In this document: in pieces, positions 1 through 9,302 of the stretch | Layout: every line of letters starts with the position of its first letter | Numbering within the stretch: position 1 is the stretch's first letter | Source of the DNA: a virus | Length of the DNA stretch: 64,000 nucleotides | Direction: 5' to 3' (one strand) | Virus record (IMG/VR): IMGVR_UViG_3300048997_000130 | Location: 64,001-128,000 of that record | Translations under genes and position numbers: made by a program | The notes under the pieces: model-generated | Database searches by the model: none | What the model saw: only the letters and a program-made list of their open reading frames with translations | What the model was told of the DNA's origin: nothing

Positions 1-111
1 TTAAATCGTTGGTTCTCCGGGATTTAGAAAATTAAATTGAATAAATTGCCTTAAACAACATCAAGCCATTAAGTGATTCTTCGTGAATATATGATTTCCG
101 ATATCAGGAAA

Positions 112-3100
112 TCAACTGCATCCCGTAGTATTTCCACAGCTACTACATAAATAGCAACTCCCGCATCTGCGAGTAATCGATCCACAATTGTTACAAGGTG
201 GAGCATCAATATTCATCTCATTATTAGGAGATGATGATAATTCAGAAGCCGGGATTGCCGTAGGAGTTATGGACTCCGGAGTAGTAGTTGTATTCCCGTA
301 AGCTTTATCCAAACCAGAATTTTTCCCAGAAAAATAAGTCAAATCGATATATTTAAATATATAGTCATATAGACTATCTGTAAATCGAATCTTAGGATTA
401 CCCGTATATCCAGATGGTTCAAATTTCGTATTTACGAAACAACGCACCAATTTTTCGAGTGGAACCCCGTGCTGAATAGAAATACTAAGAAGTTTAGTAA
501 AACTATCCACCAAACCACCCATGGTGGACCCAATTTTCCCTAATCGCACAAATACTTCGCCGGGAGATCCGTCATCATATTCACCAACAATAATATACCC
601 AGTATGTCCTGCTATATTAAATTTATGACGCCGACTATGTGAATCTATAGGCATTTTGCGTCTATCTGTCACACGGACTTCTCGTATGACTTCCCGAACA
701 GTTTCCTTAATGCCTGATCCGGATTCCTCTGAAAAACGATTTTTAGTCTTTAGAGGTTGTGATTTCTTGCATCCGTCTCTATATAAAGCTATACATTTGA
801 GACCGAGTTCCCAACCGATTTTATATAAATCTGCAATTTCTTCCGGAGAAGCTGTTGTTGGTAAATTTACAGTCTTGCTTTGAGCACATGTAATGAGCGG
901 CTGAATAGCCGCCATCATTTTTAAATGCCCAAGCGGAGGAACGCAACGACCTGATGGTCCGGAAGCCATAGCACAATCAAATATCGGTAAATGTTCTGAT
1001 AGAAGTCCTGGAGCACCTTCAATGAATGAATTTTCCTCTAGATATTCACAAATCCCTTGAATAACCGGCTCTGAATATCCAAGATTGACGAGTGCGGCCT
1101 TCACAGACCCATTCACAAGTTTCATAACACCGCCACCAACAAGCGATTTATATGAAACTAAAGCAAATGCTGGTTCAATCCCTGTCGTATTCATCCCCAT
1201 AAGGAATGAAATCGTATTATGCGACACGAATCCATTGGCAATATATGTAACATTCCCAGGGACTGATATATCATAAGTAAGTTGACGGCCTTGCGATTCC
1301 ACCGTAGTAATTTCATCGTAATAAAAAGAAAGCGCATGTTGCAATCGACCAGCAAAATCAGGAATAAACTTTTCAGCAATATGCCTTGGAATCCGACCAT
1401 CAATATATCTCATTGTAGCGATTTTGCGAAAATCATGACCTATCGGACACACTTCATTAAATAATTCTTCATCAAGATAAATATAATCTCGAGCCCATTC
1501 AGTTTTCCCAAGCACTTTATCAGCCTTACGCGAACATGTAAAACCAACACGTTCCATGAACACACTAGTGAAGTTCCGAGATGTTACCGTTAAACGATAA
1601 ACAGGTTTATCACTATAACCGCCCGTCTGTATATCAAATCTTGTTGGAATCCCAACAGCCAATAACATAGTTTGCACATCACGAATGAAAGCTTCTGATT
1701 TGTTCGTGAGAGATGGTAATCCGTTGGTTACCGAACCATCACAAGTGAATAAACCTCGCAAATAAGCCCCGTATGCTCGCTTATCATTTGTAGCAAGAAT
1801 CGCATCGGGAACATGAGCTTCGAGATGGTCTATTACTTCGATTTTTGCAAATCCAGAAATTGACCACCAAGTTTTGATTTGTGTAGAATTCAAACATAAT
1901 GATATACAGTTATCAGCTGACGTAATAGTTGGATCTTTTCCGAAAAGCTCACGAATGAATCCAGCGCAACGCTCGCGCGCGTCACAATCTTGAGCGTCGA
2001 ATGCAAATCGTAGGCCTTTATGATGCGTCGAACCGTTGGCCGCAAATAATCCACACAATTCCGCCAAACGAATATCGACAATGTTTGGAATTCTAACGCC
2101 TCTATCATAATTCGGGACTAGAGAAGCAGGTAATTTCGGTAACGAAATTTGACGACTCTCGCCGAACAGTTGATTCATACTCAACGGAACAACATCTCCT
2201 TCTTTCAAAGCATCAAAACGGCGCCATTCCCATTGTCCATTCACAATAACTTTGATTTGATGCTTTGGGGTCCCGCGAAGTTGGAATCCACGATCAGTAG
2301 TCACGCCAATAATATCATCTTCACCATTTACATAAAATTGTGTAGCTTGACGTGGTCCAGCATCTGTTTGAACCATGAATTCTACATCTTGCCATTTTTC
2401 ACCATCAGGATTCCCGAGATCTTCAATTCGAATAAGTCCAAGATCTGTTGCGATAAGCGAACCTGCGATAAGGCATCCGAGTGGGGCCTGCAGACTAGCT
2501 TGTGATATACTGAATCCATGGCGCTCACCGAGTTTAATTACTTCTTCCCAAACACTATCCGATAAAGCGCAAACATCATCACCCAATGGATCAAAAGTCC
2601 CTAAATTCCAGCGTTTAGAAATATTCCGGTTGGCTTCTCGATGCATATGCATAATATTCAACATTGCATCGCGATTTTTTTCAAATTCCGAAAATGCAGC
2701 CGTCCGAGCAGCTAATTTGGCTGACCATAAATAAGCATAACCAGTCATGAGACTTGCTAACCGAGCAGCAATAGCACGGCCTTCATCCGAATTATAAGCA
2801 TGACCAAGTTGCATGAGCAGCGATCCAAGATCGCCGTAATTGAGACCGATCGGTCTCAATGCCAACGAATTCTTAGTAATAGAGTCTGTCGGATAGTCGG
2901 CTTTGGCAATAATAGCATTTTGCGCGGTCACGAAAACGCGGACCGAATGCATGAATCGCTGCGTATTTAATTTGCCATCATCAAACATTCGAGTCAAATT
3001 GATAGCACATAAATTGCATGCAGTGTTATCGACATGAGCAAATTCAGCACAGGGATTCGTAGCTCGGATCCTCCCACTACTTGGTGTGGTGTGCCAACGA

Positions 3101-4212
3101 TTTATAGTGTCGGTAAATTGGACACCAGGATCACCGCACATCCATGCAGCCTGTGCTATTTCAGTCCACAGTTCGCGCGCTTTATATTCATGAACAACTT
3201 CTCCAGTTAATCGTTCACGCGTCTTCCACATCCCATCATCAACAACCGCCTGCATAAAAGCGTCGGGAATGCTCACTGAATGATTGGCATTTTGGAATGA
3301 TACCCATTTATATGCAGAATTAGGATCGTCGTAAGCTGCACTATATCCACATTCAATAAGATCATGCGCTCGTTTTTCTTCTATAGCTTTACATCGAATA
3401 AATCCAGGACGCCCATCCATGGTCTCTAAAATATCTGGATGATCCATATCCATAATAGCCATTTTAGCCGCATTCCGAGTGGAACCACCGCTCTTCATGG
3501 CCTTGGCGCCCTTATCAAGCTCCTCCATCCATCCAAGGGGGCCACATACATACGCCCCTGAAGAGAGTTTTTCATATGATGAGCGAATTTTAGATAAATT
3601 GGCTCCTGAACCAGAGCCACCAGCAAATATAATTTTTTCAGATTTGCTGAATTCCATGATTGAATCCAACGTATCATCAACCCCAGAAATAAAACAAGCC
3701 GATGCGGCTTGGCGTCTATCTGGAATACCTACATTAAACCAGACTGGAGAATTGAATGCACCATATTGATGAAGGAGCGCATAAATTAATTCGGCTTCAT
3801 AAATTTCAGCATCTTTAGGAGAATTAAAATATTGTTGCTCATCAGCCCATTGAGTTAGCGTACGAGCAACTCGGCTAAAAAGTTGTTTAGCCGAGGTTTC
3901 TTTCACTCCATTTACCATTCTAAAATATTTACTAACTACTACATTAATGGTTGTCTCGTTCCACCAGTCAGGGACTTCGACATCGAGTTGTTCGAATACC
4001 TTCGAACCATCAGCTCGAACCATCTTAGAATCAACTATTTTCCATTTAATACTGTCAAAAGGATGGACTCCTTCTTGTGTAAAGATACGAGTCCATTTAC
4101 CAGATTCCCTGCCTTCTTTAGAAACACCAATAATGGAATCAAATACTTTCCCTACAGGTGAATCTGATCCGGATTCGGTGTTTTTATTAAGAGCGGCGGA
4201 TCCGTTTGACAT
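112..4212 (-). CDS. nrdJ: Class II (B12-dependent) ribonucleotide reductase with intein, C-terminal TSCPD-like domain and Zn ribbon
   Basis: FNSPVWFN, SACF, TNPCAEF active-site loop, GLNYGDLG, QAPLG|TISFLMG..GIEP, ALYRDGCK, and C-terminal CxxC..CxxC..GCS. Confidence 0.95.
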   Translation of the reverse strand: MSNGSAALNKNTESGSDSPVGKVFDSIIGVSKEGRESGKWTRIFTQEGVHPFDSIKWKIVDSKMVRADGSKVFEQLDVEVPDWWNETTINVVVSKYFRMVNGVKETSAKQLFSRVARTLTQWADEQQYFNSPKDAEIYEAELIYALLHQYGAFNSPVWFNVGIPDRRQAASACFISGVDDTLDSIMEFSKSEKIIFAGGSGSGANLSKIRSSYEKLSSGAYVCGPLGWMEELDKGAKAMKSGGSTRNAAKMAIMDMDHPDILETMDGRPGFIRCKAIEEKRAHDLIECGYSAAYDDPNSAYKWVSFQNANHSVSIPDAFMQAVVDDGMWKTRERLTGEVVHEYKARELWTEIAQAAWMCGDPGVQFTDTINRWHTTPSSGRIRATNPCAEFAHVDNTACNLCAINLTRMFDDGKLNTQRFMHSVRVFVTAQNAIIAKADYPTDSITKNSLALRPIGLNYGDLGSLLMQLGHAYNSDEGRAIAARLASLMTGYAYLWSAKLAARTAAFSEFEKNRDAMLNIMHMHREANRNISKRWNLGTFDPLGDDVCALSDSVWEEVIKLGERHGFSISQASLQAPLGCLIAGSLIATDLGLIRIEDLGNPDGEKWQDVEFMVQTDAGPRQATQFYVNGEDDIIGVTTDRGFQLRGTPKHQIKVIVNGQWEWRRFDALKEGDVVPLSMNQLFGESRQISLPKLPASLVPNYDRGVRIPNIVDIRLAELCGLFAANGSTHHKGLRFAFDAQDCDARERCAGFIRELFGKDPTITSADNCISLCLNSTQIKTWWSISGFAKIEVIDHLEAHVPDAILATNDKRAYGAYLRGLFTCDGSVTNGLPSLTNKSEAFIRDVQTMLLAVGIPTRFDIQTGGYSDKPVYRLTVTSRNFTSVFMERVGFTCSRKADKVLGKTEWARDYIYLDEELFNEVCPIGHDFRKIATMRYIDGRIPRHIAEKFIPDFAGRLQHALSFYYDEITTVESQGRQLTYDISVPGNVTYIANGFVSHNTISFLMGMNTTGIEPAFALVSYKSLVGGGVMKLVNGSVKAALVNLGYSEPVIQGICEYLEENSFIEGAPGLLSEHLPIFDCAMASGPSGRCVPPLGHLKMMAAIQPLITCAQSKTVNLPTTASPEEIADLYKIGWELGLKCIALYRDGCKKSQPLKTKNRFSEESGSGIKETVREVIREVRVTDRRKMPIDSHSRRHKFNIAGHTGYIIVGEYDDGSPGEVFVRLGKIGSTMGGLVDSFTKLLSISIQHGVPLEKLVRCFVNTKFEPSGYTGNPKIRFTDSLYDYIFKYIDLTYFSGKNSGLDKAYGNTTTTPESITPTAIPASELSSSPNNEMNIDAPPCNNCGSITRRCGSCYLCSSCGNTTGCS
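1216..2475 (-). mobile_element. Intein (420 aa) with LAGLIDADG homing-endonuclease domain in nrdJ
   Basis: Starts CLIAGSLI and ends YIANGFVSHN, followed by Thr. It interrupts the APxG|TIS motif. LAGLIDADG-like blocks LCGLFAANGS and YLRGLFTCDGSV are present. Confidence 0.93.
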
Positions 4213-5113
4213 TTTTTGCCTCCTCGGACAAGCGAATTATTTCTATTTCTAGGCCAGTGCGTGCAGAGCCGTCGCCACGTTTATGGAGGATATCCAAATC
4301 ACATAGCATATTATAACTTGTAATTAAAGAGTCCATAGTCCATAAACCTAAACGCGACTCGAACATTTTCTTACACACAAAAGGATGAATGTTCAATAAC
4401 TTGGCAATCTCTGTTTGAGATATACCATGCGATGCAGCATATTCCATTCGTAACTGTTGAATGACATGACGCTGCAGATATGCTAATATCCATCCTGTCT
4501 CATCCATCCGCTCTTGGAGTGCGTCCAAGTAGGCTAATGCTTTGGCAGGATGTCCTTCGCATATCGAATCTATAACTTCCTTCGGAGTAAGATCTGCGGA
4601 AAAACACAATACGGATTTAGCATCTGCTGGTGTTATAACACCAGCAGATGCTATAACCGATAGTTTCATTATCTCAGACGAAATCTTCCGCAGACTCTTC
4701 CCTGAGCTCACAAAAAGCGCACTGGCAACGCAACTTAGATCGATATTAAGCCTTTCGCCTTCTTTTATGATCCAAGGTAGGTATTCATTCTTATCGTCAT
4801 ACGCTTTCAATTTTGAAAAATTATGAATGCGTTTGGCTCGAGAATCTGTTAATTTAATTTTCGGAGTCGAAATTATTATTAATATATCAGATTCCCCAGC
4901 TGGTAGTTGCACAGGGATTTCTTTAGCATTCCATAAAATGAAAACATGACTAGAATGATTGAAAGGTTTGATTGAAATATCATCTAAGTATTGATTTAAA
5001 TTTATCGATGCGTCATATTCAGAAGATTCAAGCAGACTACACGAGACTTCGTCCTTAACTGCTCGTTCTTTCAGGAAATCTTCATCACCATTAATAAGGA
5101 TTAATTGCGGCAC
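4187..5113 (-). CDS. holA: DNA polymerase III delta subunit-like clamp-loader protein
   Basis: N-terminal LILINGDEDFL, central WIIKE..L.ID, EIMKL, and C-terminal HPFVCKK..D..K.G..LE pattern typical of HolA. Confidence 0.78.
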   Translation of the reverse strand: MPQLILINGDEDFLKERAVKDEVSCSLLESSEYDASINLNQYLDDISIKPFNHSSHVFILWNAKEIPVQLPAGESDILIIISTPKIKLTDSRAKRIHNFSKLKAYDDKNEYLPWIIKEGERLNIDLSCVASALFVSSGKSLRKISSEIMKLSVIASAGVITPADAKSVLCFSADLTPKEVIDSICEGHPAKALAYLDALQERMDETGWILAYLQRHVIQQLRMEYAASHGISQTEIAKLLNIHPFVCKKMFESRLGLWTMDSLITSYNMLCDLDILHKRGDGSARTGLEIEIIRLSEEAKNVKRIRRS

Positions 5114-5916
5114 GGATCAAAACATCTCGATTGAAGATTAATACAAATCCTATGCCAATGTAATAAAATGTTTGCTGATGGAATCGATTCTAATAGAGCC
5201 GCAAATTTTAAAAACATAATAGCTCCAGGAATATGTTCCTTATTGATAGCAATAGCATGAACCGCCTGCTTGATAACTAATGAAATAGCATCACGTTCAG
5301 GACCATATTCATTTTTATGTTCACAAATAACTGTTGGAATAGGACACAATATTGAATCCATTCCGCCGGTTATCATCTTTTGAACAGTTATATTTAACTC
5401 TGCAAAATTTGAACAGTTAATGGTTCCAAATAATCCAGGGCGACCATAACAAAGATTAATTTTCAAGGCGTCCTCAGATTCAAAAAGGACTGCCATCTCT
5501 GCTGGGTTTAAAGTAGTCCAAGTAATGATTCTTTCGAATCGAGATCGTAATGGAGAAATTGTTGAATCAATATCTGAAGTAACAAAAATGATACGGGAAG
5601 CCGATGGTGTATCTTCACATAATTTTAAATATACATTCTGTGCAGGTTCATTTAATCGATGTAGATTATTGATAACAGCTATTCGAGTAGATCCGAATAT
5701 AGAACGATGAGAAAAAAATTCTCGAACTTCTCGAGCCCCTTCAATACCTTCAGGGACTAATAAATAATCAGTAGATTCAAAATGGTCTTTCAGATATTCC
5801 TGAATGAATGAGTGTTTTCCGATATAATCAGGTCCCGATAATACTAAACTCCGTATATTATTCGGAATTAGATTTTGGATAGTCTGTTGTTGCGAGCAGA
5901 GATTGCCGTGAATCAT
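5101..5916 (-). CDS. holB: DNA polymerase III delta-prime-like clamp-loader subunit
   Basis: LVLSGPDYIGK (Walker A-like), VINNLHRLNEPAQNVYLKLCEDTP, IIFVTS..TISPLRSR (SRC-like). Confidence 0.82.
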   Translation of the reverse strand: MIHGNLCSQQQTIQNLIPNNIRSLVLSGPDYIGKHSFIQEYLKDHFESTDYLLVPEGIEGAREVREFFSHRSIFGSTRIAVINNLHRLNEPAQNVYLKLCEDTPSASRIIFVTSDIDSTISPLRSRFERIITWTTLNPAEMAVLFESEDALKINLCYGRPGLFGTINCSNFAELNITVQKMITGGMDSILCPIPTVICEHKNEYGPERDAISLVIKQAVHAIAINKEHIPGAIMFLKFAALLESIPSANILLHWHRICINLQSRCFDPCRN

Positions 5917-6040
5917 AAGTATTAATTTCAGTTAGTTTTATTTCTATTTTATACAATCGACGACATTTCATACATTCAACAACATTAATCAGTCCAGTTG
6001 AATCCAGTCCAGTTGAATCACAAAATAAACAAAAAAACAT
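5858..6040 (-). CDS. Small Cys-rich protein (CxxC...CxxC)
   Basis: CLFC and CMKC; 15-bp in-frame tandem duplication at 5990-6019 (DSTGL x2). Confidence 0.4.
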   Translation of the reverse strand: MFFCLFCDSTGLDSTGLINVVECMKCRRLYKIEIKLTEINTYDSRQSLLATTDYPKSNSE

Positions 6041-6045
6041 AACAA

Positions 6046-6246
6046 TTAATAATTAAATGCACCACCAACGGGAACAGACCAAATAAAATTACAGGTCACA
6101 CATTTGAAAATAGATACTGATGAACCTTGTGGATTGATTGAATAACAAGATGTGCTTTTACAACTTTGACCAGAGGTCAATTGATCAGAACCACGCCGGC
6201 ATTTTGCCATTACGATTGGATAACTAGGTGTTTTAGGATCAGACAT
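6046..6246 (-). CDS. Small putative Zn-ribbon protein
   Basis: KC..C..FKCVTC; tightly packed in the operon. Confidence 0.55.
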   Translation of the reverse strand: MSDPKTPSYPIVMAKCRRGSDQLTSGQSCKSTSCYSINPQGSSVSIFKCVTCNFIWSVPVGGAFNY

Positions 6247-6249
6247 GGA

Positions 6250-6582
6250 TTATTTAGTAAACGTTACCGCTACGTAAGCTGCTATACGATTCAAGATATC
6301 TGATGGAGGTTCTGTAAAAAATTGCGATATAGAGATTTGTCCGGCTATTTTCTGGCAAAGTAAAAAATCCGATAATAATAAAGTCCAAGATTCGTGTGAT
6401 TGTTTAGTTTTCAAGAATATAATCTTCGGCATATCAGGCGATTCTTGAATAGACCACAGTAATTGATCTTGCTTATAACGATAAATTAATTTAGGTAATA
6501 ATCGTATAGCTTCCGTCTGAAGGAGCGGACGAAGCCGTCGCCCCTTCACAAATTGATCATTCAGACTCCCGTCAAAGGCCAT
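6250..6582 (-). CDS. Hypothetical protein
   Basis: 110-aa ORF tightly packed in the minus-strand operon. Confidence 0.6.
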   Translation of the reverse strand: MAFDGSLNDQFVKGRRLRPLLQTEAIRLLPKLIYRYKQDQLLWSIQESPDMPKIIFLKTKQSHESWTLLLSDFLLCQKIAGQISISQFFTEPPSDILNRIAAYVAVTFTK

Positions 6583-6588
6583 TTAATA

Positions 6589-7740
6589 TTATTGATCGAG
6601 TAAACGGCTGGCAATGCTAAATAAATCAAAACTATGTTTTGATTTAGCACCTTTAGGATCAGTCTTAGTGCCTGGATCTGCAAGGCGCTTAGTTAGACGC
6701 GCAAGATCGGCTTCTTCCTTGGGATTCAGTCCATCGGATTCTTGTTTTTCCTTCAAACGCGATAACTTCCGTTCATCCAAACCGCGTTGATAATCATCTT
6801 TCCCTTTGGATTTAGCTTTTTCTAATTCACGAACAACACTCGGATCAACATCTGAAAAAAATTGATCTCGAAGCCGAACATAATCATTATATGACATTTC
6901 GGTTTCAATATATTTCCAAATTTCATCAAGTAATTTTTTACGTAAATCACCAACGAAACCGGACCAACGTTTGGCATTCTTCTCAAACAATTCCGGATAC
7001 TTCTCTTTTAAGGCCGAAGCTTGACCCATATTCTCTTTAATATCAGAACCAAATGAACCAATATCGTCTTCAAAGATCAAATCAAATAATTTCAGAGAAT
7101 CAGGAGATAATGCAGCTCGCAAATCTGGTAAGTGTTCATCAATCAATCCGATAAATTCTTTTATTGCCGCCTTATCATCCAGCGCTTTCCCTAACGCAGT
7201 TTCTTCTCCAGTTGGAATTCGCCCTTCAGCATCTTCGAAATTCCCGTCATCAGTTCGCCGGCCGAATGATTCGTCAATACCTTTTTCGTATTTTTTCTTG
7301 GTTGTCTTGGATTGTGATTGTCCCATAGCTGTCGATTTGATATTGGAATACATCGCCTCAAGAGCTTCTTTCGGTGATTTGAAATCACGAGTGAAATCCC
7401 AAGATTTAGGGTCTTTCCTCGGAATAGGACCATTTTCATCGTGTTGAACAACACCATTCGCATCAGTTTCGTATTTAGATCCAGTCGTTATATAAGTTAG
7501 GAAGTCTTGGACCGAATCCATTGCATCAGAATCATTGCCTTGGAGTTGTCTCCGAGCAATATTCATCAAGTCTCGGCCGATTTGGCCGGGAGTCTTATCG
7601 ACCTTCTGACCCGGGAACTGTTTATTTAAAACATCAATAATTGCTTTCCCGAACTGCGTCTCAATATCCGCATATAATCGGAATAAAGCAAGAATCAACC
7701 GGACAGAATTTGCGATATGAACACGGGAGTAGGTAGCCAT
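6589..7740 (-). CDS. Highly diverged sigma70/ECF-like protein (tentative)
   Basis: DAMDSVQDFL resembles region 2.1-2.2, AMYSNIKSTAMG region 2.3, and LRAALSPDSLKLFDL..KRWSGFVGDLRKKL region 4. The ORF is real; the function is uncertain. Confidence 0.45.
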   Translation of the reverse strand: MATYSRVHIANSVRLILALFRLYADIETQFGKAIIDVLNKQFPGQKVDKTPGQIGRDLMNIARRQLQGNDSDAMDSVQDFLTYITTGSKYETDANGVVQHDENGPIPRKDPKSWDFTRDFKSPKEALEAMYSNIKSTAMGQSQSKTTKKKYEKGIDESFGRRTDDGNFEDAEGRIPTGEETALGKALDDKAAIKEFIGLIDEHLPDLRAALSPDSLKLFDLIFEDDIGSFGSDIKENMGQASALKEKYPELFEKNAKRWSGFVGDLRKKLLDEIWKYIETEMSYNDYVRLRDQFFSDVDPSVVRELEKAKSKGKDDYQRGLDERKLSRLKEKQESDGLNPKEEADLARLTKRLADPGTKTDPKGAKSKHSFDLFSIASRLLDQ

Positions 7741-7769
7741 CGAATTTAGCTACCTACTAAAGGTTTAGT

Positions 7770-9206
7770 TTAGATTGAAACTGGATTGATATTCAATCGA
7801 GTAGCACGCAATCGGGCTGCTACAATTTTATCTCGAGGATAATTGAAATAACTCGACATCATATCTTCAGATATTCCCATAAGATGCAGCCGAGAAAATA
7901 AATCAGTCCGTGCCAATACGCATGATCCAAAAGCACGAATGCCGAATAAATCGGCTCTAGAACAAGAATAACGCTGGCATACAGCGTCGACTACTGATTC
8001 AATCGTAATATCAATATGCGCTATTTTCAATTTCTCAAGTGCAATATTCCGAATCTTATTAATGACATGTGGTTCAATTCCAACAGTTTTGGCATATTGA
8101 CGAACCGTTACTTCCATCAAATCCACGGCTAACAATGCATCACGTTCTTCATTATTTAACTGCGCTGATGCGATGAGTGATGCAATATCTCGTTGGCATT
8201 CCACATTCATATATGAAGCCGCAGAATCTTTATCTCCGGGAATGTTAGATACATATTCATTATCATTGATCACATCATGGTTAGATACTTCTGAATTATC
8301 AGATATTGACTCGGAACCATATGATGTTCGAGACATATCATCAGTTCGACTCAATCGTTTGAAATCATTGATGGTTTCATTATTTATGATTCGACTAACA
8401 TATGCTAAAAGCCCGGCATCAATACCTGGAGGTTGCCCATTAATAGGAGCCAATCTCATAATATATTGAGGTGTCGAAAAAACCATATTGGTTTTGCGCC
8501 AACGTCTTAGGAATCCTTGCAATTGAGAATCGTTCCAGCGCATACGTTTCAATGTTGGAATCAAATCGGCGTTTTGCCAATCGGTGGCAAGCGTGATTCC
8601 ACGAGCTCGAAGCGAAGCCAAACCTCGTTTGCATTCATTACATTCTTTAGGTGACATACCAACATGATTGCGTCGATAGCATTCATGTTCAGTCAATTCT
8701 GCTGGCAAAATGCGCCCCTGTCGCCACAAAGATTGTAATTTATGATATTCATGTGGTTCATATGCCAATAACTGCAACATATGATCGCTATCTATCGTAT
8801 GATTCTGAATCGAATAAAAATAGCGTTCATGATTAAATCGAGCGAAATGAAGTAAATCCGAAACTCGCCAGAGCGAAGTGGATTCAGTCCGGTGACCAAC
8901 CACTGGTTTCAAAGTCCCAATGAAAGTTATTGGAGCTCCACCAAGAATGCGTTCGGCTTGAGTCTTATCAACAAGTTCTTCTTTCAAATGTTTGAAAAAC
9001 CAACGAGCTGTAAATTCTTTCTGCAGAAGTCGGCAACGAACTCGCTGCACAGAATCAGCTATTCTAGATTTATCTCGTTTAAATAAACGAGCCACGCGCA
9101 TATGTGTCCATTGATACCATTGTTTAAGGAAAAATTGTTCATCTGGAATAGGAACAGGTTTATAACAACATTCGGAATCAATAGAATCTATCGCATTCTT
9201 GTTCAT
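7770..9206 (-). CDS. Sigma70-like factor with large insertion in region 2 and C-terminal DnaA domain IV-like HTH
   Basis: RVARLF..IADSVQRV (2.1-2.2), LLAYVSRIINNETINDFKR (2.3-2.4), LNNEERDALL..TVRQYAKTVGIEPHVINKIRNIALEKLK (4.2), ITIESVVDAVCQRYSCSRADL..VLAR (DnaA-IV-like). Confidence 0.7.
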   Translation of the reverse strand: MNKNAIDSIDSECCYKPVPIPDEQFFLKQWYQWTHMRVARLFKRDKSRIADSVQRVRCRLLQKEFTARWFFKHLKEELVDKTQAERILGGAPITFIGTLKPVVGHRTESTSLWRVSDLLHFARFNHERYFYSIQNHTIDSDHMLQLLAYEPHEYHKLQSLWRQGRILPAELTEHECYRRNHVGMSPKECNECKRGLASLRARGITLATDWQNADLIPTLKRMRWNDSQLQGFLRRWRKTNMVFSTPQYIMRLAPINGQPPGIDAGLLAYVSRIINNETINDFKRLSRTDDMSRTSYGSESISDNSEVSNHDVINDNEYVSNIPGDKDSAASYMNVECQRDIASLIASAQLNNEERDALLAVDLMEVTVRQYAKTVGIEPHVINKIRNIALEKLKIAHIDITIESVVDAVCQRYSCSRADLFGIRAFGSCVLARTDLFSRLHLMGISEDMMSSYFNYPRDKIVAARLRATRLNINPVSI

Positions 9207-9302
9207 CTAAAATCTCCTTGCGGTGATCACTTCACCGGCTTAATGGAGTCAGTTAAAACTGGCTTGCCATATAATATCACATAGTAAGGAACATTGGCAA
9301 TA

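Noticed and set aside
5990-6019. 15-bp tandem duplication in a small Cys ORF
   Set aside because: A simple in-frame slippage event with no further structure
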